Below, one piece after another: positions 36,935 to 49,574 of a DNA stretch of 64,000 bases (position 1 is its first letter; each line of letters starts with the position of its first letter). The position numbers and the translations under genes are program-made. The notes below the pieces were generated by a model. It searched no databases and was not told the DNA's origin. It saw nothing but the letters and a program-made list of their open reading frames with translations. This DNA is from Torpedo marmorata. Taxonomy: Eukaryota. The stretch lies in assembly GCA_977017645.1 (NCBI GenBank), contig OZ360238.1:62434001-62498000 (forward strand). The letters are read 5' to 3'.

Positions 36935-38769
36935 CATTCAGTTGCTTAATGTCTTTTCCTCTTCCATTTGTAATGTACCTTCTCCGCAGCTAATTCCATC
37001 CAGGTCATTTGTATGCCTGGTGTTTTAGATTAGTTGCCCTTCCCCCTTGTACAACTTGTTCATGGGACCTTGCCATTGATCCTCCCAAAGAAGTTCTTTG
37101 TAAATAAATTACCATTCCTAATGATCCAGTTTTCATTTTAATGCAAGCATTAATGGTGTTCTTTAGGATCTGAGTAGCAATATGCAGAGAGAAAAAAGTT
37201 TTCACATTTATATTTCAATGAGAATAGCGACCATTTTCTGCATTTCCAAGTGAGCAGGATTGCGGCATCTTCACTGTTATGAATGCAAAAGCATTACCTC
37301 TTGCATTAGCACTTCAAAGAAATTTTGAGATTCAGTAACCCTTGCTGAATGTCAGCCATCTGCACTTGAATGTTTTTGACTAAATTACTAATAAAGAAAA
37401 CTCTGGTTGAATGCAACCCAGGTGGCTGTGTGGAGTTTTTTTATATAATTTGTGGCTCTCATTTATTTTTTTGTAATTAATGTTTTTGAGATGTGGCTTA
37501 AGTGCATATTAAACATTGATGTTCAAAGTTGCTCAGAGCTCCCTGTAATAAAAGTTTTGCAGAAAGACTTATTTCTTCCTCAAGCAATGGTTGAATAAAG
37601 TGAGTCAGTACTCTAAAGAATGTCATTGGTTTTAATTGGATCTGGACCACGTGGCCATACAAATTAAAGTTATGAAAAGGAATCGAGTTATTTGTATAAC
37701 AGTGAAATCATTCTGACGTGTTCTTCACCAGACAGTGTTATTTCCTTAAGTTAATTTTGTTATGTTTACCATATTTTTAAAGTGCTGTTTAATATTACTG
37801 TTAACCAACAAACCCTTACTGTGTAGCTATGTTGAAAATAAACCAGCGGCAGAGAAAGTGAGAGCTGTTCATTTTCTTATGATTGATGTACCTTTCCGCC
37901 AACATTTAAACTCCTTACCATTTACACAATGCCAACACAGTAAGCTGATTTTACTCCCTGGATTTTATGCACTAATTCTGCATTAAAGATAAGACCGAAA
38001 GAGTGAATAGCTTTGAGACTAAACAACGGTTGTTTTCTTTAAAAAAAAGGTCAGAGCTAAGGTCTTGTTATTGTGATAACAGGAAGAGGAAATGACATAT
38101 TAACTGCAGTAACCATCTTTGGTGGTCCATGCCACCAAACATGGCAAGTATTAGCCTTGAATTACAGTGTGCAAACAGAATGGAGCAGAAATGAACAAAC
38201 CAATTTTAATCAATAATAGCAAAGTTAATAGCAGAAACTAAATAAGTTGATTAATTACTTATTCTGAGCAAGAGAATTCTGTAGAAAAAATACTGGATTG
38301 TTCTGACTTCAAACTTGATTGGAATGGAACAGGATATCACCTAATTTTGCAGCATACATTTTCTCTGTGTCGTCTGCTGGTGTTCCTTAATTTGGCAGAA
38401 TGGCGACGAGGAATATTGCAGGTCAACTGTCCAACAGACTAGTCAGTAGATGGACATAATACGCACACTGAGAACAGCCTTAAAACTTCAATATTCAGTG
38501 TTGCTCCAAATTGTTTGAATTACTTCTTTAGCTATAGCTATACGATAAATAAAAATAACTTCTATGGGGAAAGTGTTGTTTTTCTTTGCATGGCTTTAAG
38601 GCCAGTATCCTAGGAACAATAATTATTTGTAAATGGGTTCACCAACAAAAATTTTGACAATCCCTGAGAACTAAATATTGATGGCCACTGTTGTTTCCAT
38701 TTGCGATACTTGCTATTTGAAATGCATTTTCTTTCTCATTTACTAACAGCTACCTTAAGCTTAAAGAAA

Positions 38770-39705
38770 AATGGTGCCAGTGAACAATAGCGACTGTCTG
38801 CAGGCTACAGAAATCTCTGCTACTTATCCTCTTAAATATACATTTTCCAACCTGCTTTTGCTGCAGTCGGCAGCATGTAGATTTCCTCCTGACAACGGGC
38901 TGCAGAACTGCATTGACGATCTTCGGATCTCCCAATCGATGGCTGAGTCTGGAACAGGTCAGCTGAAATGCGAAGCCCTTAAAGGGCAACGCCAAGGACA
39001 AGGCCAGAAATGCGGTGTGAGGGCCAGCATCCAAACCAGATTAAAGTGCAGAGGACTGTGACCTTCCCTACTGACCATCCTGTGGGTGAATGTACAGTCA
39101 TTGGAAAATAAAATCGACAACCTCAGGGCACGTCTGCTTTATCAGAGACAGGTGAGACAAATCTCAGTTGTTTGCTGCACCAAGACCTGGCTAAGAGATA
39201 ACATACTGGATGCAGCGATCCGACCAGAGGGCTTCACTATTCGCTGGCTGGACTGAAATTCAGATTCTGGCAAAGAGAGAAGGGGAGTTGTGTGCTTTTT
39301 AGTGAATACTGGTTGGTACACAGATGTTGGGGTTATGTCAACCTCCTGTTCCACTATTACCCAGGACACACTCTGTTCTTGCAGCTGCCATCAGGAAGGA
39401 GGTGCAGGTGCCACAGGACTCGGAGCAGCAGGTTCAGGAATAGTTGCCACTCCTCAACTATCAGACTCCTGTACAATACACTCATTCAGAGAGTCATCTG
39501 ACGGGTATTTTGCTCATTATTTATTACTGTATATTTATACCTACATCTGCTTTTGCACAATGAGTTTGTTTATAGTTCTTTGTTTTCTTAGTATAGTTTA
39601 CAGTTGTTGATAATAGAAATTCTGCCTGGCCCACAGAAAAGAAATCTCAGGGTTGTATGTGATGTCATGTATGTTCTCTGACAATAAATTTGAAATTTGA
39701 ACTTT
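38770..39705 (+). mobile_element. Internally deleted Rex1 LINE (endonuclease start joined to the 3' end)
   Basis: NVQSLENKIDNL...TKTWL...GFTI APE-like N-terminus up to about 39350, then CCATCAGGAAGGAGG and a TTTGAA tail. Confidence 0.7.
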
Positions 39706-40262
39706 AATTTGTCACATTTTTAAAACCAAATATGAGTAGTTTGCATATTTTTAGCATTAATGATCAATCTCTTAGTTGGCATTTTAGGATTCCCTTGTTC
39801 TTTCTCTTTTATTTTTACAAAGTCTTGTTTGAGATCCTGATTAGTCAATAAGATAAGCACTGAAGCACAAACATCTTTAATACCTTCCTATTTTACCTGA
39901 AATTCTTTAACTGAAGGAGCATGTAAGAGTTTGCTGGAGCTCAGTGACTGGGACAACTTAAATCCACAAAAATCTTTGAATCTCATTATTTTATCATGAT
40001 CACAAAAATTTATCCAGATGAGGAAAGTGACCTGGAATCGAATGCCCCAGTCAAGTTCCTCATTTAACGAATAAGCATTTCAGACCACTGTATATATAAT
40101 TTACAAATCAATATTCTTATTTAAATAGTTTTTATGCACCAGGAAATCTATTGCCTTGTTTGTTTTTTTTTACCATTGGACTTTGGAATTAATGGATGAA
40201 GAGTTTAATTTAGCATAGCAGTCCAGTTTTTGTGATCGCAAGGACAATAGAACTGTTGTGCT

Positions 40263-40660
40263 CAGATTTCAGATTTATTATGTACATGACATCACATACA
40301 ACCCTAAGATTCTTTTTCCTGTGAGCGAGGCAGAATTACCACTTATTGGTAGTGCAAAAAAAAACTTTACACAATGTACACATGTAAACAAATAAATAAA
40401 TATAAACAACTGCACAATACAGTGAGGAAAAAAAAACCTTAAAAAAAAGAGTCCTTAAATTAATCCCTGATTGAGTTTATTGTTGATGAGTCTGATGGTG
40501 GAGGGGTAGCAGCTGTTCCTGAACCTGGTGGTGCAAGTCTTGTGGTACTTATACCTCTTTCCTGATGGTAGTAGTGAGAACAAAGCCTGTGCTGAGTGGT
40601 GTGGATCCTTGATGATTGCTGCTGCACTCTGACGGCAGCGTTCCCCATAGATGTTCTCCA
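40263..40660 (-). mobile_element. Rex1 LINE 3' fragment
   Basis: IIKDPHH..LFSLLPSGKRY; CAGATTTCAGATTTATT tail. Confidence 0.85.
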
Positions 40661-42444
40661 TATAAATACTCTATGAAACTGACAGAAACTTCAGGTGTTT
40701 TCCCCTTGGCAGACACTAAGGGGTGAGGATGACATGCTACCACTTCAGTTTTGTGAGATCCACGTTGACAGGTACAGTTAATGTGGGGACTATCAATTCT
40801 TCATGTGTACCGGTAATTTAAGGAAAAAAATTATAAAGACCCTCTTATATTCCAATGCACCTCCACTGGCTGTTCCATTTTCTGCTTTCTCGTACAATCA
40901 TGAAAAATCATTTCAATTGATGTGGGACTTTGCTACCTACAAACCAGTCCCATGATTAGCTCATGCAAACATGTCCTTTGTTACACAGTCTAAGTGATTT
41001 ATTAATGCCACACAAATACATAACTACTGCTGATTTCATCCTTAAATAATGAAACTTCTGCATGAGTGTTGTAACCCCTCCAAATGAGCCATTCAAAGTA
41101 TTCACAACTTTAATGGAAATATTTTCAGAAGTCTTTGATAATATTATTAGAGCTTTTATCTTGTTCACACAGATATAATACATTCAAACTTGACATTTGT
41201 ATAATGTCTAAAACATTGATAAATAACCTTTGACTTTGCCTCCCAATGTTCAGTTGGTAAGAATTATTTCACTGTAATCATTTATATAATCAAACTGACA
41301 ACACAGCAGCTAAACCCCATGGATTGAGTTGAATTGATGTCTGACAACAACAGAAATTGGAATAGGGAAACTTCACACCAGAGATTGCTTAATAACACAG
41401 GCAAAATATTGCCTTTGATCTCAAATATTAACTCGGTTTTTGTCTCTGCAGACGTTTCCTGATTTACTGGGAATTTTTCCTTTTATTTGAGAAAGCTAAA
41501 TATCTGTGGGAAACTTACTTTAAAGTCAGCGGTGAGTGCTATATTTTTGATGTAAATTACAATGAGACTTCAACCTTGTGTGTTTATTCTCTTCTTCAGG
41601 GATTGAGTATTAAGTCAATAAATATTTGACATCACTAAACTGAAAATTCATCACTTTATTTAGTCTAATAATTCTAAAATAGTTAAGAGACATAAATTAC
41701 ATTTTAAAAATGTGTATGTCTATTCTTGTCAACAAGGTGATATATTAACCCAACATATAGAAAACAGTGTTGCTTTTGGTGAAATGAATAATTGCATTTT
41801 CCAATTGAATGCACAAAGTGAACCTGTCCAAACAAATTGTCATAAAATCTTATGTTTCAAAAACCAGAGCTTCAAGAGAATAATTCAAGTCAGGGTGAAT
41901 GAAAACATACTGGGATTAAGCAGGTACAATATTGTTGCTCTGCTTGTGAAAGACAACAAAAGTCACTTTGAATTGATTTGCTCTTCAAGAAATTTAGGTT
42001 CCATGACAGGCATTAAATGTACCAATAGATATTTAGTAAATTTGTGAGGGACAAAATTGTGTCTTTAAACAGAACTATGTTTGCGTGACTTCTGTGTACC
42101 TAAGAAGAAATGGAGGAATATGCATGTTATTTTGAGGATATTTGTTGAATAAGGCTCTTGTGGTTTGGCAGTTGCTTATAAATTCTTGGGGAAGGATTGT
42201 TTGTCAAAATTAATAAAGTACTTGTAACAGATGAGATTTTTAACATTTTAATTAATGGAATAATTGACATTAAATGTGATGTTATTTTAGAATATTCTTG
42301 AAAATATTACAATTTAACATTAACAAATAAGTTATTTTGCATGTCTGGCTGGTCTCATTCCTTTCTGTTCATGTAACTGAGTTTCAAGAAAAAACCAAAA
42401 TGATGAAACAAAATGTTGACCAATATTAAGAAATATATAAGAAA

Positions 42445-42638
42445 AGTAAAACATGAAAATCTGTAGACACCGTGGTTGAAGTAAAAAACACAAATGCTGG
42501 AGAAACTCAGCAGGTCAAACAGTGTCTTTTATGTAGCAAAGGTAGAAATACATATCCGACGTTTCGGGCTTGAGCCCTTCATCAAAGTATGAGAAAATGC
42601 TGGCAGGCGTCCGAACAAAGGAGTGAGGGTGGAAGGGA
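42445..42638 (-). mobile_element. Short PLE 3'-end insertion with hammerhead-like motif at 42551-42591
   Basis: Nearly identical to 6930-7120. Confidence 0.88.
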
Positions 42639-42785
42639 TATATATATATATATATATAAGAGATATATAATTCTATTTACTACATAACATGTGGTATACA
42701 AAGACAGGTTATGTACTTCTTTTCATCTAAGTATTGCTTTATGGACTTCAGGGTTTTAGAACCATGTAACCATGTTAGAACCATT

Positions 42786-43037
42786 GGGCCGGCATGGTTG
42801 GCGTAGCGGTTAGCGCAACGCCTTTACAGCGCCGGTGATCGGGACTGGGGTTCGAAACCCGTGCTGTCTGTAAAGAGTTTGTATGTTCTCCCCGTGTCTG
42901 TGTAGGTTTCCTCCGGGGGCTCCGGTTTCCTTCCACAGTCGAAACTGCTGAGGGTGTAGGTTAATTGGGTGTATATTGGGAGGCATGGACTCGTGGGCTG
43001 AAATGGCCTGTTACCGTGCTGTATGTCTAAAAAAAAA
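42786..43037 (+). mobile_element. tRNA-derived V-SINE (HE1-like), near full length
   Basis: A and B boxes, V-domain, tail CCGTGCTGTATGTCTAAAAAAA. Confidence 0.87.
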
Positions 43038-43233
43038 TTATCAAGGTGTTAAGATTGCAATATGTATATTGGAAATTATGGTGCTCTTTTAGCTTTCTGC
43101 TGATCAGTACACATATATATATTTTTTTAAAATGTTTTATTTAAAATTTTAAATCACTCGATAATACATATTATAAAATGCAAAATTATCAAAATACATG
43201 TGATATATTTTCACCCCCCACTCCCTCCCTCCC

Positions 43234-43380
43234 NNNNNNNNNNNNNNNNNNNNNNNNNNNNNNNNNNNNNNNNNNNNNNNNNNNNNNNNNNNNNNNNNNN
43301 NNNNNNNNNNNNNNNNNNNNNNNNNNNNNNNNNNNNNNNNNNNNNNNNNNNNNNNNNNNNNNNNNNNNNNNNNNNNNNNN
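43234..43380. other. Assembly gap (147 N) in L1 3' UTR
   Basis: N run between the C-rich tract and CTATAAGCTGATTTTATTG; sibling L1 copies have low-complexity purine-rich sequence here. Confidence 0.95.
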
Positions 43381-45003
43381 CTATAAGCTGATTTTATTGT
43401 CGGACACAGGTTCACCAGTCAGATCTGATATCCAGAGATCTTCAAATCCTTAAACCCACAGTTTTTATATATGTGCTCCATATTTTCAAAAAGAAATGAT
43501 ATTTGTTACATTAATTATAAGTGATTTTTTCAAGTGGTATAGCTGAACGAAGTTCTGCATGCCATCTCTCTAACCCTAAATTTACATCAGACTTCCATGT
43601 AATAGCAATGCATTTCTTAGAAACAGCTAAAGCAATTCGCAAAAATTCTATTTGATACACATTTAATCTCATTTTAGTACTAATTCTTTTAATATCTCCA
43701 GACAGAAATATCATAGGATCCACTGGGAGTGTAATTCTTAATACTTTGTCTAAAAACTTTTTAACTTTCTATCAAAAATCACATATCTTTGGACAAAGCT
43801 ATGTAGAGTGTACAAAATAACCTTTCTCTCTATTACATCTAAAACATAAACCTGATAATGGCGGATTAAATTTCTTTAATTTCTTAGGTGTTAAATATAA
43901 TTGATACAAAAAGTTATATTGCATCAGCCTATATCTAACGTTAATAATCTTCATCATACTTTGTTTACATATTTCTTTCCAATGTTCCTCATCTATCGTT
44001 ACATTCAAATCTGATTCCCATTTTAATCTTGATTTATGAATACCTAATTTAGGCATTTTCCTCTGTAACAATCTATACATTTGAGAAATAAATTTATTTA
44101 CACCTCCATTAGTAACTAATAATTCCAATTCACTTTGTCTTGGTAAAGTCAAACTATAACCCAACCTTTCAACTAAAAATGCTCTGATTTGATAATAAGT
44201 AATAAGTGTATTATTTAATACATTAAACTTCTCTTTTATTCTTTGAAAAGTAATAAATTCACTAGCTTCAAAACAATCATTTATTTTTTTAATTCCTTTT
44301 AAAAACCAAATTTTAAATAATTGATTGTCAATAGTAAATGGAATAAGTTTATTTTGATATAAAGGCATTTTTCGAGAAATTAACCCTTTCCCTCCTATCA
44401 CTTTATTCCATATTTCTAACAAGTGCTTTAAAATAGGAGAGTTTTTACCTCCTCTTAATAGTAATTTAGAATTCCATTTGTAAATAACTTCTTCTTTCAA
44501 ATCTTCTCCTTTGTTATTTAGTTCTATTCTAATCCAAGCAGAAGATTTCATTAATAAATTTTAGTTGAGCTGCTTTATAATAATTTTGAAAATTGGGAAG
44601 TTGTCAACCTCCCATTTCGTAATCCCAAATTAATTTCTCCATACCTACTCTAGCCAAGTTTCCTTTCCACAAAAATTTCCTAATAATTAAATTTAAATCT
44701 TTGATGAATTTTTGAGGAATTTCATAAGGAATTGATTGAAAAATATATTGAATTCTTGGAAATACATTCATTTTAATACAATTTACCCTTCCTATTAAAG
44801 TTAATAGGAAGACTAAAGAACTACAATCTGAAAGTGAATGATCGCGCATGCGCGAAACGGTGCGCATGCGCGATAGAGAACGCGAGCTGTCAGCTAAGGC
44901 TGACGGCAAAAGAAGAGTCCCTCAATCATTTCAATATGATGTGGGACAGGAGTTTTTATCATCAACAGATTCAGAAGACAAAAAGAGAGAAAAAGATGAA
45001 TAA

Positions 45004-45705
45004 ATGGAGGAAGAAATAGAAGAAATGGAGGGAGAGGATGAAGAATTAAATGGAGAGGAGGCTCAATTACCACAGGCTAAACAAGAAATATCAGAGATTT
45101 TGATTAAAGCTATGGACAATTTAACAAAACAAGTGTCAAAGATGAATCAACGCATGGAATTTAGATTTAATGGAATTGAAGAAGTGAGAGACATGAAGCA
45201 AGATATGAAAAAACATACAAATACTGTGGATAAAGTAATATCGAAAGTCTGGAAAATTGAAAAAGATGTTAAAGAGCACTATGAAGAAATGGTGTATTAT
45301 AAAGATAGAGTAGATAAAGTGGAAGACTCATTTACAGGTTGGGAGCAACAAAGAAATGAACTTTTACAAAAAATAGATGTATTGGAAAATCAGAGTCGGA
45401 GAAATAATGTTAAAATCGTGGGATTGCCCGAAGACTTTGAAGGGGTGAACGTAACTGAATTTTTTCAAGAGTGGATTCCACAAGTTTTGGGTACTGATCA
45501 CTTTCCGTATGGACTGGAATTAGATAGACCCCTTAGAGATAGCAGAAAGAAACCGTATCCTGGACAAAGGCCACGTTCAGTGTTAATCAGATGTTTTCGA
45601 TACCAGGATAAAGAGAAGATATTGAAATTAGCTGTTCAAAATGCTAGAATGAACCAGAGTCCATTGATAATTAATAAAAATAGGGTATTTTTTATGCTGA
45701 TCTAA
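45004..45705 (+). pseudogene. L1 ORF1p (coiled coil plus RRM), disrupted
   Basis: LENQSRRNNVKIVGLPE and RPRSVLIRCFRYQDKEKIL motifs. Confidence 0.88.
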
Positions 45706-47696
45706 GTGCAGTAATAATTAAAAAATGAAAAGAATTTAATCCAACGAAAGCAATTCTTTGGAGCAAAGGATATAAATTTTCAATTAGATATCCTGCGACA
45801 TTGAAGGTACAGTCTGCAGAGAATCAGTCATTCTTTTTTACTGATTATCAAGAAGCTTTGGAGCATGCGAATTCACTTCTGAAATTAAAGAAAGATCAAG
45901 ATTTGTTGGGGCAACTTCAAGTTACTGTACCGACTCGGGAACTGCTTTCACCAAGAGTCTCAGGACAAGAAGATGCTGTCGAAATAGATGAGGATCAAGC
46001 TAACAGAGATCTCGAAGAAGCTGGATGAAGAAATGATAACAAATGTGTAAAATCTGTTGGGGGGGGTGGACTTTTTGTCTTCTCCGTACCTAGTCACACG
46101 TCACCTTATTGGCGAGGGCCACTTCCCGAACAATGGAGGGTGGTAGTGCTGGTGTAAATATACCAGTATTATATATAGTGGGTTTTTTAGTTTTTTATTT
46201 TCTTTTTATTTCTTCTTTTCTTTTTCTTTCTAAGGAGATGTCAAATAGATTACAAATGTGGAAGTGGGAACCGGTAGGTCTGATGGAGAGAGAGTTATTA
46301 AATATTAGAAATGGCAGACAGTAAATTAATAAATGTAGTAAGTATTAATATAAATGGGCTAAATAATCCGATTAAAAGGAAGAAAACTCTAGCATATATT
46401 AAAAAGTTAAAAGTTGATATAGCCTTTTTACAAGAGACACATTTGACAGATAAAGAACATCAGAAGTTGAAAAGAGAATGGGTTGGTCAAGTGGTCGCGT
46501 CTTCATTTAATTCTAAAGCAAAAGGAGTTGCTATATTAATTAATAAAAGTTACCTTTCAAAGTACAATCTGTGGTTATAGATGTGTCAGGAAGATATGTT
46601 TTAATAAATTGTCAGATATATTCAGAAATGTGGACACTTATCAGTACACATATATATAACTTTTTACATTTAGCTTTTCTTTCGTCTGAAGTAGAGGTCT
46701 TCACAAATCAAAGTTAACCTAGTGCTTGAAATGAAAGTGCTGCCCATTTCATTGGGATATTCTGGCGTAGAAGATGGGAAATGGTCAAACTCAATAAAAA
46801 GCAGTGTGAGGCCTTTAAATAAACAGGATGCTTTTTTTTAAAGGTTAATGTTCCTGCATCTCAGGGGATGATTTGAAATGTTTCATTAACTCTTCAAGAA
46901 TATTTCATTTTAATGGTCATTATGTAGTTTGTGCAAATGTGGTCTCGCCAACTTGGACTAGTCCCAATCTTCAAAAAACATTTTTTGTTAGATAATAATG
47001 ACGATTAATCCCATTCACTTAAAAATTAATAATCTCTCTTATGATCTGTGGGGCAGAATGTTTTCCTAATATAGTTGCAACATTCTCAGTGGAAAACGTA
47101 AATTGAAACCTGTGCATTTTTGTCAAACGTTTAAAAGAGGGGTGGCAGATAGAATAAGCTGTGAAAAAGACTCATGGAGATCTAGGCCTGCTGCATAAAG
47201 ACATCTATCGCAAAAGAAATGGAGTAATTTTACATATGTATATAACACCGGAAGAGCACAGTTAGTGCTGTGAGTAACCGTTCATGGGAAGAATACTAGG
47301 AAATGTTCAGGAAAAGGATTTACTCACTTACATGAGGGACCTGGTGATGTGAATGAGCGATTTCAAATACGTCAATTATATTTGCTTAAGCAGATAAACT
47401 GAAAGGTCAAGATGCTTTTTCTAAAAAATAAATAATGTAAGACAAATTATTTATGATTATGAACAGTTGATATTATTTAGTAATAGGAAACAATTTAGAC
47501 TGTTCCATGTTTGAGAGGTAAATGTAAAATTAGTGATGAATGCAATTTTATAGTTTATTTTCAAATTTACATTGATCACTATTTAAGAGTAGACAGAAGA
47601 TCTCTTGAAGAGGGAATACTGAAGGCCCCATGAAAGAACAAAGAAACTGGATTACAATAGATAGTTTATCGCAGTGCACGAGAGAGAAATGATTTA

Positions 47697-47843
47697 ATTT
47701 TTTTAAATTTAAATTTAAATTTTTATCACGCAAACACGATAGAACGTACAAACTCCTTACAGACAGCGCGGGATTCGAACCCAGTTCCTGATCGCTGGCA
47801 CTGTAATAGCATTGCGCTAACCGCTACGCTAACCGTGCTGCCC
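47697..47843 (-). mobile_element. V-SINE, internally deleted
   Basis: Reverse complement GGGCAGCACGGTTAGCGTAGCGG...GGTTCGAATCCCG...GGAGTTTGTACGTTC. Confidence 0.82.
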
Positions 47844-48239
47844 TAATGGAATGAATTGCCTCAATCTGTGTTGAATTTTTGTGTTGTGAAGATAGTGAAT
47901 AGGAAATTTAAGTGAATACCAATGCAATTAGCAACTGAAATTACTTTTCTATTGAGTTGGTAGTAATATAGTTTTATAAATTGCCTGCTCTGCTCTGAAA
48001 ATATGACACTGCTTGTTCAGAATTGAAGTGAATGAATGCATATTATAATTCCAATCTCTTTAAAAAAAGAGATTGAAACCCAGGTTGAATAACAACACTG
48101 GGGTGAATTGAGGTGGATCTGGCGCCCCTACCCATTATTCACATCCAAATGCATTTAACTGCGCTAGACACAGAGGGCCAAGTGAACCCTCTGCACCCAG
48201 GAAGAGTCCAGCAAGGTCTTTGCAATCCATTGGCTAGAA

Positions 48240-48812
48240 GCGGCATAGCGATGAGAGCCTACTCCCGGCATAGCGCTGATCCCCAGCCACCGGCATAGTG
48301 CTGAGCCCCTGCCCCCGGCATAGCGCTGATCCCTTGTCCCCGGCATGGTGCTGACACCCTGCCCCCGGCTTAGCGCTGAGCCCCTGCCCCCAGCATAGCG
48401 CTGATCCCTTGTCCCCGGCATAGTGCTGAGCCCCTGCCCCCGGCATAGCGCTGATCCCTTGTCCCCGGCATAGTGCTGAGCCCCTGCCCCCAGCATAGCA
48501 CTGAGCCCCTGCCCCCGGCATAACGCTGATCCCCTGACCCCAGCAGAGCGCTGAGCCCCTGCCCCCGGCTTAGCTCTGACACCCTGCCCCCGGCATAGCG
48601 CTGATCCCTTGTCCCCGGCATAGTGCTGAGCCCCAGACCCCGGCATAGCGTTGACACCCTACCCCCAGCTTAGCTCTGACATCCTGCCCCCAGCATAGCA
48701 CTGATCCCCTGTCCCCGGCATAGCGCTGATCCCCTTCTCCTGGCTTGGTGCTGAGCCCCTGCCCCCCGGCATAGCGCTAAGCGCCTGCCCCCGGCAGAGC
48801 ACTGAGCCCCTG
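48240..48812. repeat. GC-rich minisatellite, 25-bp unit with two variants
   Basis: GCCCCTGCCCCCGGCATAGCGCTGA and TCCCTTGTCCCCGGCATAGTGCTGA, about 22 units. Confidence 0.92.
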
Positions 48813-49574
48813 CTCCTGAATGCCTGAATTGCCTTTGCCAACAGGTAAGGCTGGAAGCAAAGTTTACCTCCTGTCAAATCTGAGAATAATTTTATCCGGT
48901 TTTGCATGTGATTTTCATGTTTGAAAATTATAAAAATTGTTTGAAATGGTTAAGAATAATCTTTAAAAAATTAAGGTAAAATAACACAATAATGAAATTA
49001 AATGAAACAAATAAAAAAATATCTTGTTTCTTTCCCCATGTTGAAAAGAATGTGATCTCTGATCCCATACCAGGTCTAACTAGTGAAGGACCACTCTTCC
49101 CCATCCCTCTGACTTCTTTCCTCCACCTCTCCACCCCCTTCCCTCTCCATTCACAGAGCCATCCCTCTCCTCCTGTTTGCTGGTGTTCCCTCCCTCCCTT
49201 ATCCACCTATTACCTCCTGCTTGTGTGACTGTTCTCCTCCCCCTGATCCTTCCCCCCCACCACTGTTCCCTCTAAGCTGTGCGCGCGTGTGCGCGGGCAC
49301 ACACGTTTTGCAACCAGCGCACAAAGGAAATTAATGTGCGCACAAAAGGTTAGTTACCTAAAATAATGTAGTAATTAATAATTATACTAATTGAAAATAA
49401 TCTCTTAGCTAACTGTTTCTGTTAACTAGTTAGTAGTTTATTCAAATACCACATTTGCACATCACTAATTGACGTCATCTCACCTTTCCTGTTCCGGTTT
49501 GTACAGCTGCAGCACCTACATAAACTGTGCTATGTGTGAAGCATCTGGATAGTTTGTCAACCAGCTTTGTAATT

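Larger units (their letters stand above)
43122..46639. mobile_element. L1-clade LINE with 5' inversion: 3' part on minus (43122-about 44803), ORF1 plus ORF2 endonuclease start on plus (about 44804-46639)
   Basis: 19-bp TSD ATCAGTACACATATATATA at 43103-43121 and 46640-46658; ORF1 LENQSRRNNVKIVGLPE; ORF2 SININGLNNPIKR..FLQETHL. Confidence 0.93.

Noticed and set aside
43149-43453. ORFs spanning the N run, or a hidden feature in the gap
   Set aside because: The ORFs are artefacts of Ns; sibling L1 copies show only low-complexity 3' UTR here
44604-44909. Novel fusion protein ORF
   Set aside because: It reads across the L1 inversion junction (antisense ORF1 region plus ORF2); no sign of expression
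48240-48812. CRISPR array or repeat-protein gene
   Set aside because: Units are contiguous with no unique spacers, there are no cas genes, the context is eukaryotic and the ORFs are repeat artefacts
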